From: an uncultured Candidatus Rokubacteria bacterium
GTDB lineage: Bacteria; Methylomirabilota; Methylomirabilia; Rokubacteriales; CSP1-6
Direction: 5' to 3'
Assembly: GCA_963771355.1 (NCBI GenBank)
Contig: CAVYTA010000006.1
Coordinates: 1,376,001-1,440,000, forward strand
Length of the DNA stretch: 64,000 nt
Shown here: positions 18,961 through 28,128 of the stretch, in pieces
Position numbering within the stretch: the stretch's first letter is position 1
Layout of the letters: the number at the start of each line of letters is the position of its first letter
Program-made: the position numbers and the translations under genes
The notes under the pieces: model-generated
Seen by the model: only the letters and a program-made list of their open reading frames with translations
Told to the model about the DNA's origin: nothing
Databases searched by the model: none

Positions 18961-21477
18961 ATGAGCGCGGACTCCTGCCGCCCGCTCGCCCTCGCGCTCG
19001 CCTTTCTTGCCCTGTGCCTCGCGGGGCCCGCCGGGGCGCAGGCGCCTCCCGCGCCCGCCGGCGCCCAAGCGCCTGCCGGACCCGCCGCACCGACGTCCCC
19101 CGGCCCTGGCGCCGCGCAGCCGCCCGCCGGACCCGCCGCCGCGCCGATTCCCGTCCCCGACATCGTCCGCCGCGCCGACGAGGTGGCGGCGCGTCTGCGC
19201 GCGCTGGAAGAGGCGGCGCGCGCGCGGACCGATGTCTCGGAGATCGAGCGGCGGCTTCCCGCCCTCGGCGAGGATCTGCGCGCCCGCGCGCAGACGATGG
19301 CGCGCACGCTCGCGGACCGGCCGCGCGGCCCCCTCCTCGACAATCTCGCCAGCCCCTTCCTGGCCGCGCGCAGCCCGCTCACCGGGTGGCCGGATCAGCT
19401 CACGCGGCTCGCCACCGAGCTCGAGCGCGACCTGGGCGAGCTGGTCTCGCTCCAGGCCACCTGGCAGGCCACCCGCGCGGAGGCTCGGCGCACCGCCGCG
19501 CCCGCCGCGGTGCTCGCGCGCGTGGACGCCAGCCTCGCCGCCATCGCCGCCACCGAGAGGGCGATCAAGGCGCGACGCGCGGAAGTGCTGCAGCTCCAGG
19601 AGCGCGTCTCGCAGCAGAGCGCCGCGCTGGAGGCCGCGCTGGCCCGCATCGCCAAGGCCCGCGCGGACACGGATCGGCCGCTGCGGGTCCGCGACGCCGC
19701 ACCCCTCTGGGAGATGCGCGCCTCGCTGGATACGCTCGGCGAGGTACCGGCCCGCGCTCGCGAGTGGTTCGCCGCCGACCGGGACGCCCTCCGAGGCTTC
19801 CTGCAGCAGCATCAGGGTGTCATCCCGCTGCACGTCCTCATCTGGATCGCGCTCTCGGTGGCCTTCTTTCTCCTCCTGCGGCAGGCGCGCAAGCGCAGCG
19901 ACGAGGATCCGACCCTCGCGGAGGCGGTGCGCATCTTCGAGTACCCGCTCGCCGCCGCGCTGCTGGTGGCGCTCTTCTTCACGCCCTGGCTGTATGGCGA
20001 CCTGCCGCGGGTGGTACGGACGGTGGGGAGCCTCATCGGGCTCATCCCCGTCCTGCGCATCGTCACCGGGCTCGCGGAGCCGCCGCTGCGGGCGAGCTTC
20101 GTCGGGCTCGGCGCCTTCTACGCCCTCGAGCGCCTCGACGACATCGCGGAGGTGGTGCCGCTCTTCGACCAGCTCGTGTTCATCGGCGAGATGCTCGTGG
20201 GCATCGGCTACCTCGCCTGGGGGCTGTCGCGGCGGCGGTGGGTGCTGGCGGCCGCGCGCCGCCCGGCGCTGTTCCGGGCGCTCGGGCTCGGCATGCTCGG
20301 CGCGATGGCGGTGGCCGCCGTGCTGGGCGCCATCGGCTACGTGCGGCTGGGGCGGCTCCTGGGCTCCGGCGCGCTGTCCTTCGGCTACCTCGCCATGGTG
20401 TTCTACGCCGGCTTTCGCGTGGCGCTGGGACTGGTCGCCTACGCCCTCCGCACCCGGCCGCTCGTCTACCTGCGCCTCGTCCCGCGAAACCGCGCGCTGA
20501 TCGAGGCGCGCGCGCGCCAGGTGCTCCGCTGGCTCGCCCTCGGCGGCTGGGTGCTGGCCATGCTCGGAACGCTCGGCCTCGAGGACAAGGCGCGGGCCGC
20601 GCTGGGCAGCGTGCTTGCCGCCCGCATCTCCCGCGGCAACCTGAGCCTCTCGGTCGGTGACGTGGTGGCCTTCGGGGTGACGGTGTGGCTGGCCTTTCTC
20701 GTCTCGCGCCTGGTCCGCTTCGTCCTCGAAGAGGACGTCTACCCGCGCGTCGGCCTGGCGCGCGGGCTCCCGTACACGGTGTCCACGCTGCTCCATTACA
20801 GCATCCTGCTGCTGGGCTTCATCTTCGCGGTGGCGGCCATGGGGGTGGATCTCAACCGCGTCACCATCCTGGTGGGCGCGTTCGGCGTCGGCATCGGCTT
20901 CGGCCTCCAGTCGGTGGTGAACAACTTCGTCTCCGGGCTCATCCTCCTCGTCGAGCGCTCCCTCCAGGTGGGGGACGCGGTGCAGATCGGGGATCTCTCG
21001 GGAGAAGTCCGGCGCATCGGCATCCGCTCCAGCATCGTGCGCACCTGGGACGGCGCCGAGGTCATCGTCCCCAACGGGATTCTCACCGCGGAGAAGCTCA
21101 CCAACCTGACGCTCTCCGACCGACTGCGCCGCATGGACATCCGCGTGGGCGTGGCCTACGGCACCGACGCAGACCGTGTCCTGGCGATCCTGCGCGAGAC
21201 CGCCGTCGCGCACCCCGGCGTGGTCGGCGAGCCCGCGCCCCTGGTCTTCTTCACCGGCTTCGGGACGGTGGCGCTGGAGTTCGAGCTGAAAGCCTGGACG
21301 GCCCGCTTCGAGGAGGCGGGGCTGGTCAAGAGCGGGCTCGGGCTGGCCATCCTGTCTGCTCTCACCGAGGCGGGAATCGAGATCCCGTACGGCCACCAGG
21401 AGGTCCGGCTCGTGCAGGGGGAGCCGGCACGCGACGAGCCGGGGCTCGGCCCGCCCCCGCCCGCTCCCCGCGCCTAG
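18961..21477 (+). CDS. Large mechanosensitive channel (MscS family, MscK-like)
   Basis: Signal peptide, periplasmic helical region, many TMs, GAFGVGIGFGLQSVVNNFVSGLILL, GAEVIVPN, VGVAYGTD. Confidence 0.9.
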   Translation: MSADSCRPLALALAFLALCLAGPAGAQAPPAPAGAQAPAGPAAPTSPGPGAAQPPAGPAAAPIPVPDIVRRADEVAARLRALEEAARARTDVSEIERRLPALGEDLRARAQTMARTLADRPRGPLLDNLASPFLAARSPLTGWPDQLTRLATELERDLGELVSLQATWQATRAEARRTAAPAAVLARVDASLAAIAATERAIKARRAEVLQLQERVSQQSAALEAALARIAKARADTDRPLRVRDAAPLWEMRASLDTLGEVPARAREWFAADRDALRGFLQQHQGVIPLHVLIWIALSVAFFLLLRQARKRSDEDPTLAEAVRIFEYPLAAALLVALFFTPWLYGDLPRVVRTVGSLIGLIPVLRIVTGLAEPPLRASFVGLGAFYALERLDDIAEVVPLFDQLVFIGEMLVGIGYLAWGLSRRRWVLAAARRPALFRALGLGMLGAMAVAAVLGAIGYVRLGRLLGSGALSFGYLAMVFYAGFRVALGLVAYALRTRPLVYLRLVPRNRALIEARARQVLRWLALGGWVLAMLGTLGLEDKARAALGSVLAARISRGNLSLSVGDVVAFGVTVWLAFLVSRLVRFVLEEDVYPRVGLARGLPYTVSTLLHYSILLLGFIFAVAAMGVDLNRVTILVGAFGVGIGFGLQSVVNNFVSGLILLVERSLQVGDAVQIGDLSGEVRRIGIRSSIVRTWDGAEVIVPNGILTAEKLTNLTLSDRLRRMDIRVGVAYGTDADRVLAILRETAVAHPGVVGEPAPLVFFTGFGTVALEFELKAWTARFEEAGLVKSGLGLAILSALTEAGIEIPYGHQEVRLVQGEPARDEPGLGPPPPAPRA

Positions 21478-21606
21478 CGAGCCGTCGGCGTCCCCGGGGC
21501 GGCGCCGGAGGCATTCGCGCTACAATGCCGGCGATCCGCCGTCCGGGGCGGACCGTCCCTCACGCCGCACCTGCCCGAACGTCGGACCTGGAAGAGGAGC
21601 CCACGC

Positions 21607-22080
21607 ATGAAGCCGAAGATCGGGATCAACGACGACAAGCGAGAGAGCCTGGTGGAAGTCCTCAACGATCTGCTCTCCGACGAGTACGTGCTGTACACCA
21701 AGACGCGCAACTACCACTGGAACGTGGTGGGGACCCAGTTCAACGACCTCCACAAGTTCTTCGAAGCCCAGTACGAGGAGCTGGACGACTTCATCGACGA
21801 CATCGCGGAGCGCGCCCGCAGCCTGGGAGGCCACGCGCTGGGAACGCTGGCGGAGTTCACCCACCACGCCCGCCTGAAGGAAGAGCCCCGGAAGTTTCCC
21901 CAGGCGAAGCAGATGCTGGTCAATCTCCTCGGCGACCACGAGGCCCTGATCCGCACCCTGCGCGCGGATCTCCAGACCGCGCTGGACAAGCACGGCGACG
22001 CCGGCACCAGCGACTTCCTCACCGGGCTCATGGAGAAGCACGAGAAGATGGCCTGGATGCTGCGGTCGTTCCTCGGCTGA
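21607..22080 (+). CDS. dps: Dps DNA-protection/ferritin-like protein
   Basis: LYTKTRNYHWNVVG.QFNDLHKFFE.QY.EL...DDIAER, HEKMAWMLRS. Confidence 0.95.
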   Translation: MKPKIGINDDKRESLVEVLNDLLSDEYVLYTKTRNYHWNVVGTQFNDLHKFFEAQYEELDDFIDDIAERARSLGGHALGTLAEFTHHARLKEEPRKFPQAKQMLVNLLGDHEALIRTLRADLQTALDKHGDAGTSDFLTGLMEKHEKMAWMLRSFLG

Positions 22081-22095
22081 GCCCCGGGCCCGCGT

Positions 22096-22638
22096 CTAGC
22101 CGCGGCGGGCCAGGCTCCGGAGCGGCGCGCCCGTCAGGCGTGTGAGTATCCACTGCCGGCGCAGCCCGGCGCCGAGCCGCTCGTAGAAGCGGATGGCCGG
22201 ACGATTCCAGTCGAGCACGGCCCACTCCAGCCGGCCGCACCCGCGCTTCACCGCGATGCGGGCGAGCGCGGCGAGCAAGGCCTTCCCTGCCCCCGCCCCG
22301 CGCTCCTCGGGGAGGACGAAGAGGTCCTCCAGATACAGGGTGGGCTTGGCGAGAAAGGTCGAGAAGGTGAAGAAGTAGAGCGCCATACCCACCGGCCGCC
22401 CCCCACGCCGGCAGATGAGCGTCTCGAAGTAGCGGCGGCGGCCGAACCCGTGGCGGCGCACTTCGGCGGGGGTGGCCTTGCATTCATGGCGCAGCCGCTC
22501 GTAGTCGGCGAGCCCGCGGATCAGGGCGACGATGGTCGGGATATCGCGCACGGTCCCGGGGCGGATGGTGAGAGCGCCCGCGCGCTTCGCGCGAGCGAGC
22601 CGCCGCGACGGGCGGCGCGCGGACCGCTTCGCCCTCAT
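22096..22638 (-). CDS. GNAT N-acetyltransferase (spermidine/diamine acetyltransferase-like)
   Basis: LIRGLADYE, FSTFLAKPTLYLEDLFV..E.RGAGAG, LEWAVLDWN.PAIRFY. Confidence 0.88.
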   Translation of the reverse strand: MRAKRSARRPSRRLARAKRAGALTIRPGTVRDIPTIVALIRGLADYERLRHECKATPAEVRRHGFGRRRYFETLICRRGGRPVGMALYFFTFSTFLAKPTLYLEDLFVLPEERGAGAGKALLAALARIAVKRGCGRLEWAVLDWNRPAIRFYERLGAGLRRQWILTRLTGAPLRSLARRG

Positions 22639-23963
22639 GCCGCCGCGGCCGCGAGCAGCATCTCGGTATAGGCGCGCACGCCCTCCCGGATGTTCTCGAG
22701 CGAGAGCCGCTCGTCGTTGCCGTGAATGCGCCGGAGCTCGCCCTCGTCGCAGACGAACGGGCTCCAGCCATAGCCGTGCAGCCCCATGCGCCGGAACACC
22801 CAGTTGTCGGTGAAGGCGACCAGGATCTCCGGCGTGACCACCACGCCCGGCGCGCGCCGGCGCAGCGTGTCGGCCAGGTGCTTGTAGAGCTCGGTGTCCG
22901 GAGGCGAAAGGTTCGGCTGCTTGGCCTCGCCGGTGATCTCCACCGCCACCTGGGCGTCCGCCACCAGGCGCTCGACCCAGACCCGGATCTCGTCGGGATC
23001 GTCACCGGCCAGCATCCGGCAGTCCACCTCGGCCACCGCCTCGGGCGGGATCACGTTGCGCTTCTCGCTGCCCTTCAGCATGTTGACCGCGAAGGTGGTG
23101 CGCACCAGCGCGGCGTGATGCGGATTGGCGAGGAAGCGCGCGCGGAAGGCGGGGTCGGCGAGGGACCGCTCGACGTCGTCGAGCCCGCGGCCGGCCTCTC
23201 CGGGCAGCACCGAAGCCAGGGCGCGGAAATACTCGCGCGTCTCGGGCAGCACCCGGAGCGGACGCTCGGCCTGGAGCAGGCGTCCCAGCGCGCGGATGAG
23301 CCGGTGGGGCGCGGTGTCCGGCCACGGCATGGAGCCGTGCCCGGGCTCGCCGCGCGCGGTGAGGCGCAAGGACAGCCCCGTCTTCTCCGAGATCACGATG
23401 GTGCCCAGGGGGGCGCGTGCGTCGTGACGCGTCGCCACGAAGCCCAGCTCCGATATCGCGTATTCCGCGCCGTCCAGCCAGTGCGCCCGGTGGTCCGCCA
23501 CCCACTGGGCCCCGAAGCGGCTGCCCGCCTCCTCGTCGGCGGTGGCGAGATAGATGAGGTCGCGCTTGAGCGGAACCCGCGCCCGCTTGATGGCGAGCAC
23601 CGCACCCAGCTGGAGGATGCCGGTGGACTTCATGTCCAGCGCGCCGCGCCCGTAGAGATAGCCGTCCTGGATGACCCCGCCGAAGGGATCCACGCTCCAG
23701 TAGCGGCGGTCGGCGTAGACCACGTCGATGTGGTGGTGGAGCACGATGCCGGGCAGCGAGCCGTCGCCCTTGACGCGGGCCACCAGATTCCCCCGCCCCT
23801 CCGCCGACTCCGCGGTCTCGCTGGCGATCCCGTCGCCCTCGAGCGCAGCGGCGAGGAAGCGCGCGCCGCCCGTCTCCCGGCCGGGCGGATTGGTGGTATC
23901 GATGGTGAGGTAGCGGCGGAGGAGATCGATGGTCTCCTCGCCGAGGGCCTTCCAGTCCATCAT
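22635..23963 (-). CDS. M20/M25/M40 metallopeptidase or amidohydrolase
   Basis: IDTTNPPG, HHIDVV, YGRGALDMK, ADEEAG, GHGS, IHGNDER. Confidence 0.9.
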   Translation of the reverse strand: MMDWKALGEETIDLLRRYLTIDTTNPPGRETGGARFLAAALEGDGIASETAESAEGRGNLVARVKGDGSLPGIVLHHHIDVVYADRRYWSVDPFGGVIQDGYLYGRGALDMKSTGILQLGAVLAIKRARVPLKRDLIYLATADEEAGSRFGAQWVADHRAHWLDGAEYAISELGFVATRHDARAPLGTIVISEKTGLSLRLTARGEPGHGSMPWPDTAPHRLIRALGRLLQAERPLRVLPETREYFRALASVLPGEAGRGLDDVERSLADPAFRARFLANPHHAALVRTTFAVNMLKGSEKRNVIPPEAVAEVDCRMLAGDDPDEIRVWVERLVADAQVAVEITGEAKQPNLSPPDTELYKHLADTLRRRAPGVVVTPEILVAFTDNWVFRRMGLHGYGWSPFVCDEGELRRIHGNDERLSLENIREGVRAYTEMLLAAAAA

Positions 23964-25243
23964 GCCCGGCTCTCCCAGTACCGACCGGGATGGGGCCGCT
24001 TGGCGAGCCGGCGCTCGAGGAGACCGCGGCTCTGCGCGACGTCGCCACCGCGCAAAGCCGCGGCCAGCAGGGTGTCGTGAAAGACCTCGCGCTGGGCGTG
24101 GCTGCCGCCCACCTCGAGGATGCGCGACTCGACGGGGGCGATGCGCGCCACCGCGGCGGCGTGCTCGCCGCGGACGAAGGCGTGGAGCCCTTCCAGCAGC
24201 GGGATGACCACTTCCCCGAGGGTCGGGTTGCGCGACTTCTTCCCGCGCGCGCGCAGCCGATCGAGCTGGAGCTCGGCGCTGGCCCACTCTCCCGCCGCGG
24301 CCAGCGCCATGCCCACGTGGAGGTCGTGGAACAGCAGCAGCGGCAGCTCGAGCCGGCTCCGCGCCGCCTCGCCCAGCTGGCGCCATCGCTCGGGGTCCGG
24401 ATGCTCGAAGAGGTCGAGCCGCCAGGCCAGCGACACCGAGTCCTGGAGGTCGGCGCTCACCTGGATGGGGATACGGCCGAACACCGACTGGAAGAGCGCC
24501 GCCGCGCGGTCGTAGCGCCCGGCCGCGAGGTGCATGAGGGCCAGGTGCCAGAGCAGGTGGTTCCGGAAATACCCCAGGTGGTCGCAGGGATGAATGCGCG
24601 GCGGCAGCGCCTCCGCCCCGCGGTCGTTCTCCCCGGTCTCGTACAGCACATGCGCGACGGTATGGACTGCCCAGGCGTCCTTCGGGTTCATTCCCAGCGC
24701 GCGCTCCGCCAGCGGCAAGGCTTCGGCGTAGCGGCGATTCTCCTCCAAGCTGAAGGCGTGGAGCCCCAGCACATAGGAGTCGCCGTCGAGGGCGCCCCGC
24801 ACCGACTCCGTCAGGGCCAGCATCTCCTCGGAGCGTCCCTGCCAGAAGTGGATGTAGTAGAGGCGCTGGATCAGCATCATGTCGCGTGGATGTTCGGCGA
24901 GGATCTCCCGGATGAGCGGGATGGCGTCGTTGCCCCGCCCGCCCACCCAGAGCGCGAGGGCCTCTACGTGGCGGCGCTCGCGCGCCGAGAGGTCGGAGGT
25001 CGCCGCGGCGGCCACCGCGCGGCCCATCTCCGCGCGCCCCTCGGACATCTCCTCATTCAGATAGCGCGCGACGGCCAATCCACACCGGGCCAGCACGAAC
25101 TCGGGATCGGCCGCCAGCGCGGCCTCGAAGTCGGTCACGGTGTCCGCGGCGAATCCCAGGAGCGCGCGCACGCCGCGATCGTAGCCGTCGACGGCGACGC
25201 GGGAGTCGGTGGAGACGGTCAGCCCGTAGGCGTCGCGCAGCAC
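23960..25243 (-). CDS. Tetratricopeptide repeat protein 38 (TTC38)-like protein
   Basis: D.YGL.VST, AFSLEE...Y..A, WAVHTVAHV, NHLLWHLAL, GGSHAQREVF. Confidence 0.8.
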   Translation of the reverse strand: MLRDAYGLTVSTDSRVAVDGYDRGVRALLGFAADTVTDFEAALAADPEFVLARCGLAVARYLNEEMSEGRAEMGRAVAAAATSDLSARERRHVEALALWVGGRGNDAIPLIREILAEHPRDMMLIQRLYYIHFWQGRSEEMLALTESVRGALDGDSYVLGLHAFSLEENRRYAEALPLAERALGMNPKDAWAVHTVAHVLYETGENDRGAEALPPRIHPCDHLGYFRNHLLWHLALMHLAAGRYDRAAALFQSVFGRIPIQVSADLQDSVSLAWRLDLFEHPDPERWRQLGEAARSRLELPLLLFHDLHVGMALAAAGEWASAELQLDRLRARGKKSRNPTLGEVVIPLLEGLHAFVRGEHAAAVARIAPVESRILEVGGSHAQREVFHDTLLAAALRGGDVAQSRGLLERRLAKRPHPGRYWESRA

Positions 25244-25306
25244 GGCGGCATCGTAGCAGACACGCCCTCGGGCTGTCGACGGCGCCCCGCCGGCTCGCGC
25301 CGCGCT

Positions 25307-25507
25307 TCAGTCCGCCGCGCTGGGCACGATGATCCAGAGGATGATGTAGACGAGAATCCCGGGGAACGCCACCGACAGGATGGAGCCGACGACGTAGAGC
25401 ACCCGCACCAGGGTAGGATCCCAGCCCAGCCATTCCGCGATGCCGCCGCAGACGCCGGCAACCATGCGGTGCCGCCGCGAGCGCCGGAGCGGCCGGCGCA
25501 GATCCAT
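25307..25507 (-). CDS. PspC-domain membrane protein
   Basis: LRRSRRHRMVAGVCGGIAEWLGWDPTLVR...YIILWIIVP. Confidence 0.9.
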   Translation of the reverse strand: MDLRRPLRRSRRHRMVAGVCGGIAEWLGWDPTLVRVLYVVGSILSVAFPGILVYIILWIIVPSAAD

Positions 25508-26496
25508 CACGCGGCCCCCCGGAAATTCCGCGCGAGGAACTCCACCGCGCGTCGCTCCGCCCAGGAGGGCCCGGCGCCGCCCTCGAGGAAGCCCGCATGG
25601 CCGCCCTCGGCGGGAAAGGCCGCCTCGAGCCAGGCTGAGCGCTCCACCTCGGCCCGCGGCAGGGTCTCCGGCGGGACGAAGGGGTCGTTCACGGCGTTGA
25701 TGAGGAGCGTGGGCCGGCGGATCTCGGGCAGATACGGTCCGCTGCTCGACCGGCTCCAGTAGTCCTCCTCGTCGGCGAAGCCGAAGATCGGCGCCGTCAC
25801 CAGCCGGTCGTAGAGCCTGAACGTCCCCGCGCGCAGGGCGGCCGGCACGTCCACCCGCTCCGTGTAGAGCGCCGACTTCGCCCGGATCTTGGCCTTCATG
25901 GTGCGGAGGAAGTGGGCGGTGTAGAGGAGGCGGTTCATCCCGCGGTCGAGCGCCGCCGCGCAGGCGGCGAGGTCGAAGGGCACCGAGATCGCGACCGCGG
26001 CCGCGATCTCGTCCGGCGCGCCGTCCCCCTGCTCCCCGAGCCACTTCAGCGCGACGTTGCCGCCGAGGGAGACGCCGACCAGGCCCAGACGCGCGCCGGG
26101 CGCCGCGGCGATGAGCCGCCGCACCGTCCAGTCCAGATCGGAGGTCTCCCCGGAGTGGTAGAGGCGTCCCAGCCGATTCAGCTCCCCGCTGCAGGAGCGG
26201 AAGTGCAGCACGACGCCGCGCCAGCCCGAGGCCTCCACGAGCCCCATGAGCCCCAGGGCATAGTGCGAGTCCGACGAGCCTTCCAGCCCATGGAGGACGA
26301 CCACGCAGGGCGCGCGGGCATCATCGCGACCGGCCGCCAGCCAGTCGAGGTCGAGGAAGTCGCCATCCGGCGTCTCCCAGCGCTCGCGTCGGAGCGCGGG
26401 CCGCCGCGGGCGCCTCCGGAGCGGTCCCCAGAGGCTTTGCAGGTGCCGCCCCCGCAGCCACCACGGCGGCCGGTAGTCAGCGGGGGCGGCAGTCAT
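25507..26496 (-). CDS. YheT/ABHD-like alpha/beta hydrolase
   Basis: HLQSLW, PDGDFLDLDW, HGLEGSSDSHY, YHSGETSD, GVSLGG, DPFVP, GGHAGF. Confidence 0.9.
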   Translation of the reverse strand: MTAAPADYRPPWWLRGRHLQSLWGPLRRRPRRPALRRERWETPDGDFLDLDWLAAGRDDARAPCVVVLHGLEGSSDSHYALGLMGLVEASGWRGVVLHFRSCSGELNRLGRLYHSGETSDLDWTVRRLIAAAPGARLGLVGVSLGGNVALKWLGEQGDGAPDEIAAAVAISVPFDLAACAAALDRGMNRLLYTAHFLRTMKAKIRAKSALYTERVDVPAALRAGTFRLYDRLVTAPIFGFADEEDYWSRSSSGPYLPEIRRPTLLINAVNDPFVPPETLPRAEVERSAWLEAAFPAEGGHAGFLEGGAGPSWAERRAVEFLARNFRGAA

Positions 26497-26514
26497 ACGT
26501 ACGCGAGGGCGCCG

Positions 26515-27051
26515 CTACTCCTGGCCCTCGAGGATGAGCTTCACCACCTGCGGCGCGATCTCGCGCGCGCGCTGATCCAGCTGGGCCTCGGAGAGGTTGG
26601 CGATGGGATGCGGCATGGCGAGGAACTTGTACGCGGGCAGCCCCCACGACTGGGCCATCGCCCGCCCGGTGCCCTCGAAGACGTCGGTGACGATCGACGC
26701 GGCGGGAACGCCGTTCTTCTCCATCAGGATTCCGTCGAGCACACTGCCCGACGAGCAGGACCCTCAGTCGCCGATGCCGGCGACGACGACGTCGACGGTC
26801 CGCTTGGCCTCCTCCAGGATCTCCGCGTGCGCGGGGACGCTGGCATTGTGCTTCCGCCACATGCGGCACTCCGCCGCGCCGTAGTCGTTGATGAGGATCT
26901 CGCCGATCCGGTGCAGCAGCCGATCGGAGTTGAACTTGGTGTTCTCCACCAGGCCCACGCGCTTGCCCTTCAGCGAGTCCGGGCGCGCCACGAAGGTCAA
27001 CGGCTGGCGGCGCGGCTCCACGGTGGGGTCGAGGATTTCGATGGGTGCCAT
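26515..27051 (-). CDS. UGSC-family selenoprotein (178 aa; Sec at codon 96, UGA at 26764-26766)
   Basis: Two track ORFs (the 3' part of 26764..29271 and 26515..26742) are in one frame separated only by TGA: ...VVVAGIGD-U-GSCSSGSVLDG...; hairpin CGUCGGGCA-GUG-UGCUCGACG starts 10 nt after the UGA. Confidence 0.85.
26733..26753 (-). promoter_or_regulatory. Putative SECIS hairpin of the UGSC gene
   Basis: 9-bp stem (one G-U pair) with a G-containing apical loop just 3' of the in-frame UGA. Confidence 0.65.
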
Positions 27052-28100
27052 CAGGCCCTCCTCTCTCGGATGAGCTTCGTCACCGACTGGGAGGAGCGGC
27101 GGCCCCCCGCCCAGCCTGGGATGTAACACGAGAACGCGCCCGCGCGACCGCCCGCGGCGAGCACGAGCACGTCCTCCGGTCCCGCCACCAATGACTTGTA
27201 GGTGGTCTCGTCCTGCGGGGTCACTCCCCCGGGCAGGCGCTCCGTACGCTTGAAGTGGGCGAGGCTGACCTGGGTATTGTCGAAGACGTACTTCCGGATG
27301 TCGGCCTTGGTCCAGCCCCCCGCCGCGATGGTCCGCATGTGCTCGCCGGCGAGCACCACCACGTACTGGGGCTGACCCCCGGTGCTGTTGTGGTGACGCA
27401 TGTCGTCGCAGAGCGTCTTGAGGATCCCCTCCGGGGTGCTGGAGAGCTGGTTGTAGAACTGCCGCGGCCCTTCCGCCGACATCACCGTCACCGTGCTGTC
27501 GCCGGCGGCGAAGCCCCGCTCGACGTGCAGCGGTGTCCAGGGGCTCTCCGCCTCGTTCTCCGCGATCACGTAGGTGTACTTCCCGGGATGGCCGATGGTG
27601 CCACGGTCGAGCAGGCCGGGCAGCGTCCCGATCACGTTTCGCATGACCAGGCGCAAGGCGCGCCCCACGGTGGCGTTGGAGCGCCAGCCCGGCCCGAAGA
27701 GATTGTCCTCGCAGTTGAAGCCGAAGCGAGTGGCGATGGGCCCGTTGACGATCATGAGGACGGCGGCGCCGCCGGTGGAGGTGGCGGGTCCGTGATAGCC
27801 CCAGGCCGGCTCCGCGATGCCCTCCACTGCCGCCACCACGATGGGCATGTACTCGGGCCGGCAGCCCGCCATCACCGCGTTGATGGCGACCTTCTCCGCC
27901 GTCACCGCGACCTGGCGATTGGTGATGTAGGCGATCTGATGGTCCGGCTCGAGCCCGGCGGCCTCGAGCATGGCCCGCACCGCCGGCTCGGTGGGCGGGA
28001 CCACGGGGAGTCCGTCCGTCCAGCCCCGGTCGTAGCACAGCTCCATGGCCAGCCCGATGTCCGCGACGACGTGACGCTTGGAGGCGAGTGCCGTTGTCAT
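27051..28100 (-). CDS. Conserved uncharacterised protein (UGSC-associated partner)
   Basis: GWTDGLPVVPPT, TAEKVAINAVMAGC.PEY, NGPIA, GPG.RSNATVGRALRL, GHPGKY, AENE.ESPW.PLH.ERGF; TGATG overlap with the UGSC gene; ATG 7 nt after TATAAT. Confidence 0.8.
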   Translation of the reverse strand: MTTALASKRHVVADIGLAMELCYDRGWTDGLPVVPPTEPAVRAMLEAAGLEPDHQIAYITNRQVAVTAEKVAINAVMAGCRPEYMPIVVAAVEGIAEPAWGYHGPATSTGGAAVLMIVNGPIATRFGFNCEDNLFGPGWRSNATVGRALRLVMRNVIGTLPGLLDRGTIGHPGKYTYVIAENEAESPWTPLHVERGFAAGDSTVTVMSAEGPRQFYNQLSSTPEGILKTLCDDMRHHNSTGGQPQYVVVLAGEHMRTIAAGGWTKADIRKYVFDNTQVSLAHFKRTERLPGGVTPQDETTYKSLVAGPEDVLVLAAGGRAGAFSCYIPGWAGGRRSSQSVTKLIRERRA

Positions 28101-28128
28101 GCCGGGGATTATACCCGAAGATGCGAGC

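Noticed and set aside
17368..21396. 1342-aa minus-strand ORF and other long antisense or alternate-frame ORFs (e.g. 11476..13905, 27255..29711, 40568..42703, most of 59953..63480)
   Set aside because: Shadow ORFs caused by high-GC codon bias; they overlap genes with clear family motifs and have Arg/Gly/Ala/His-rich, motif-free sequence
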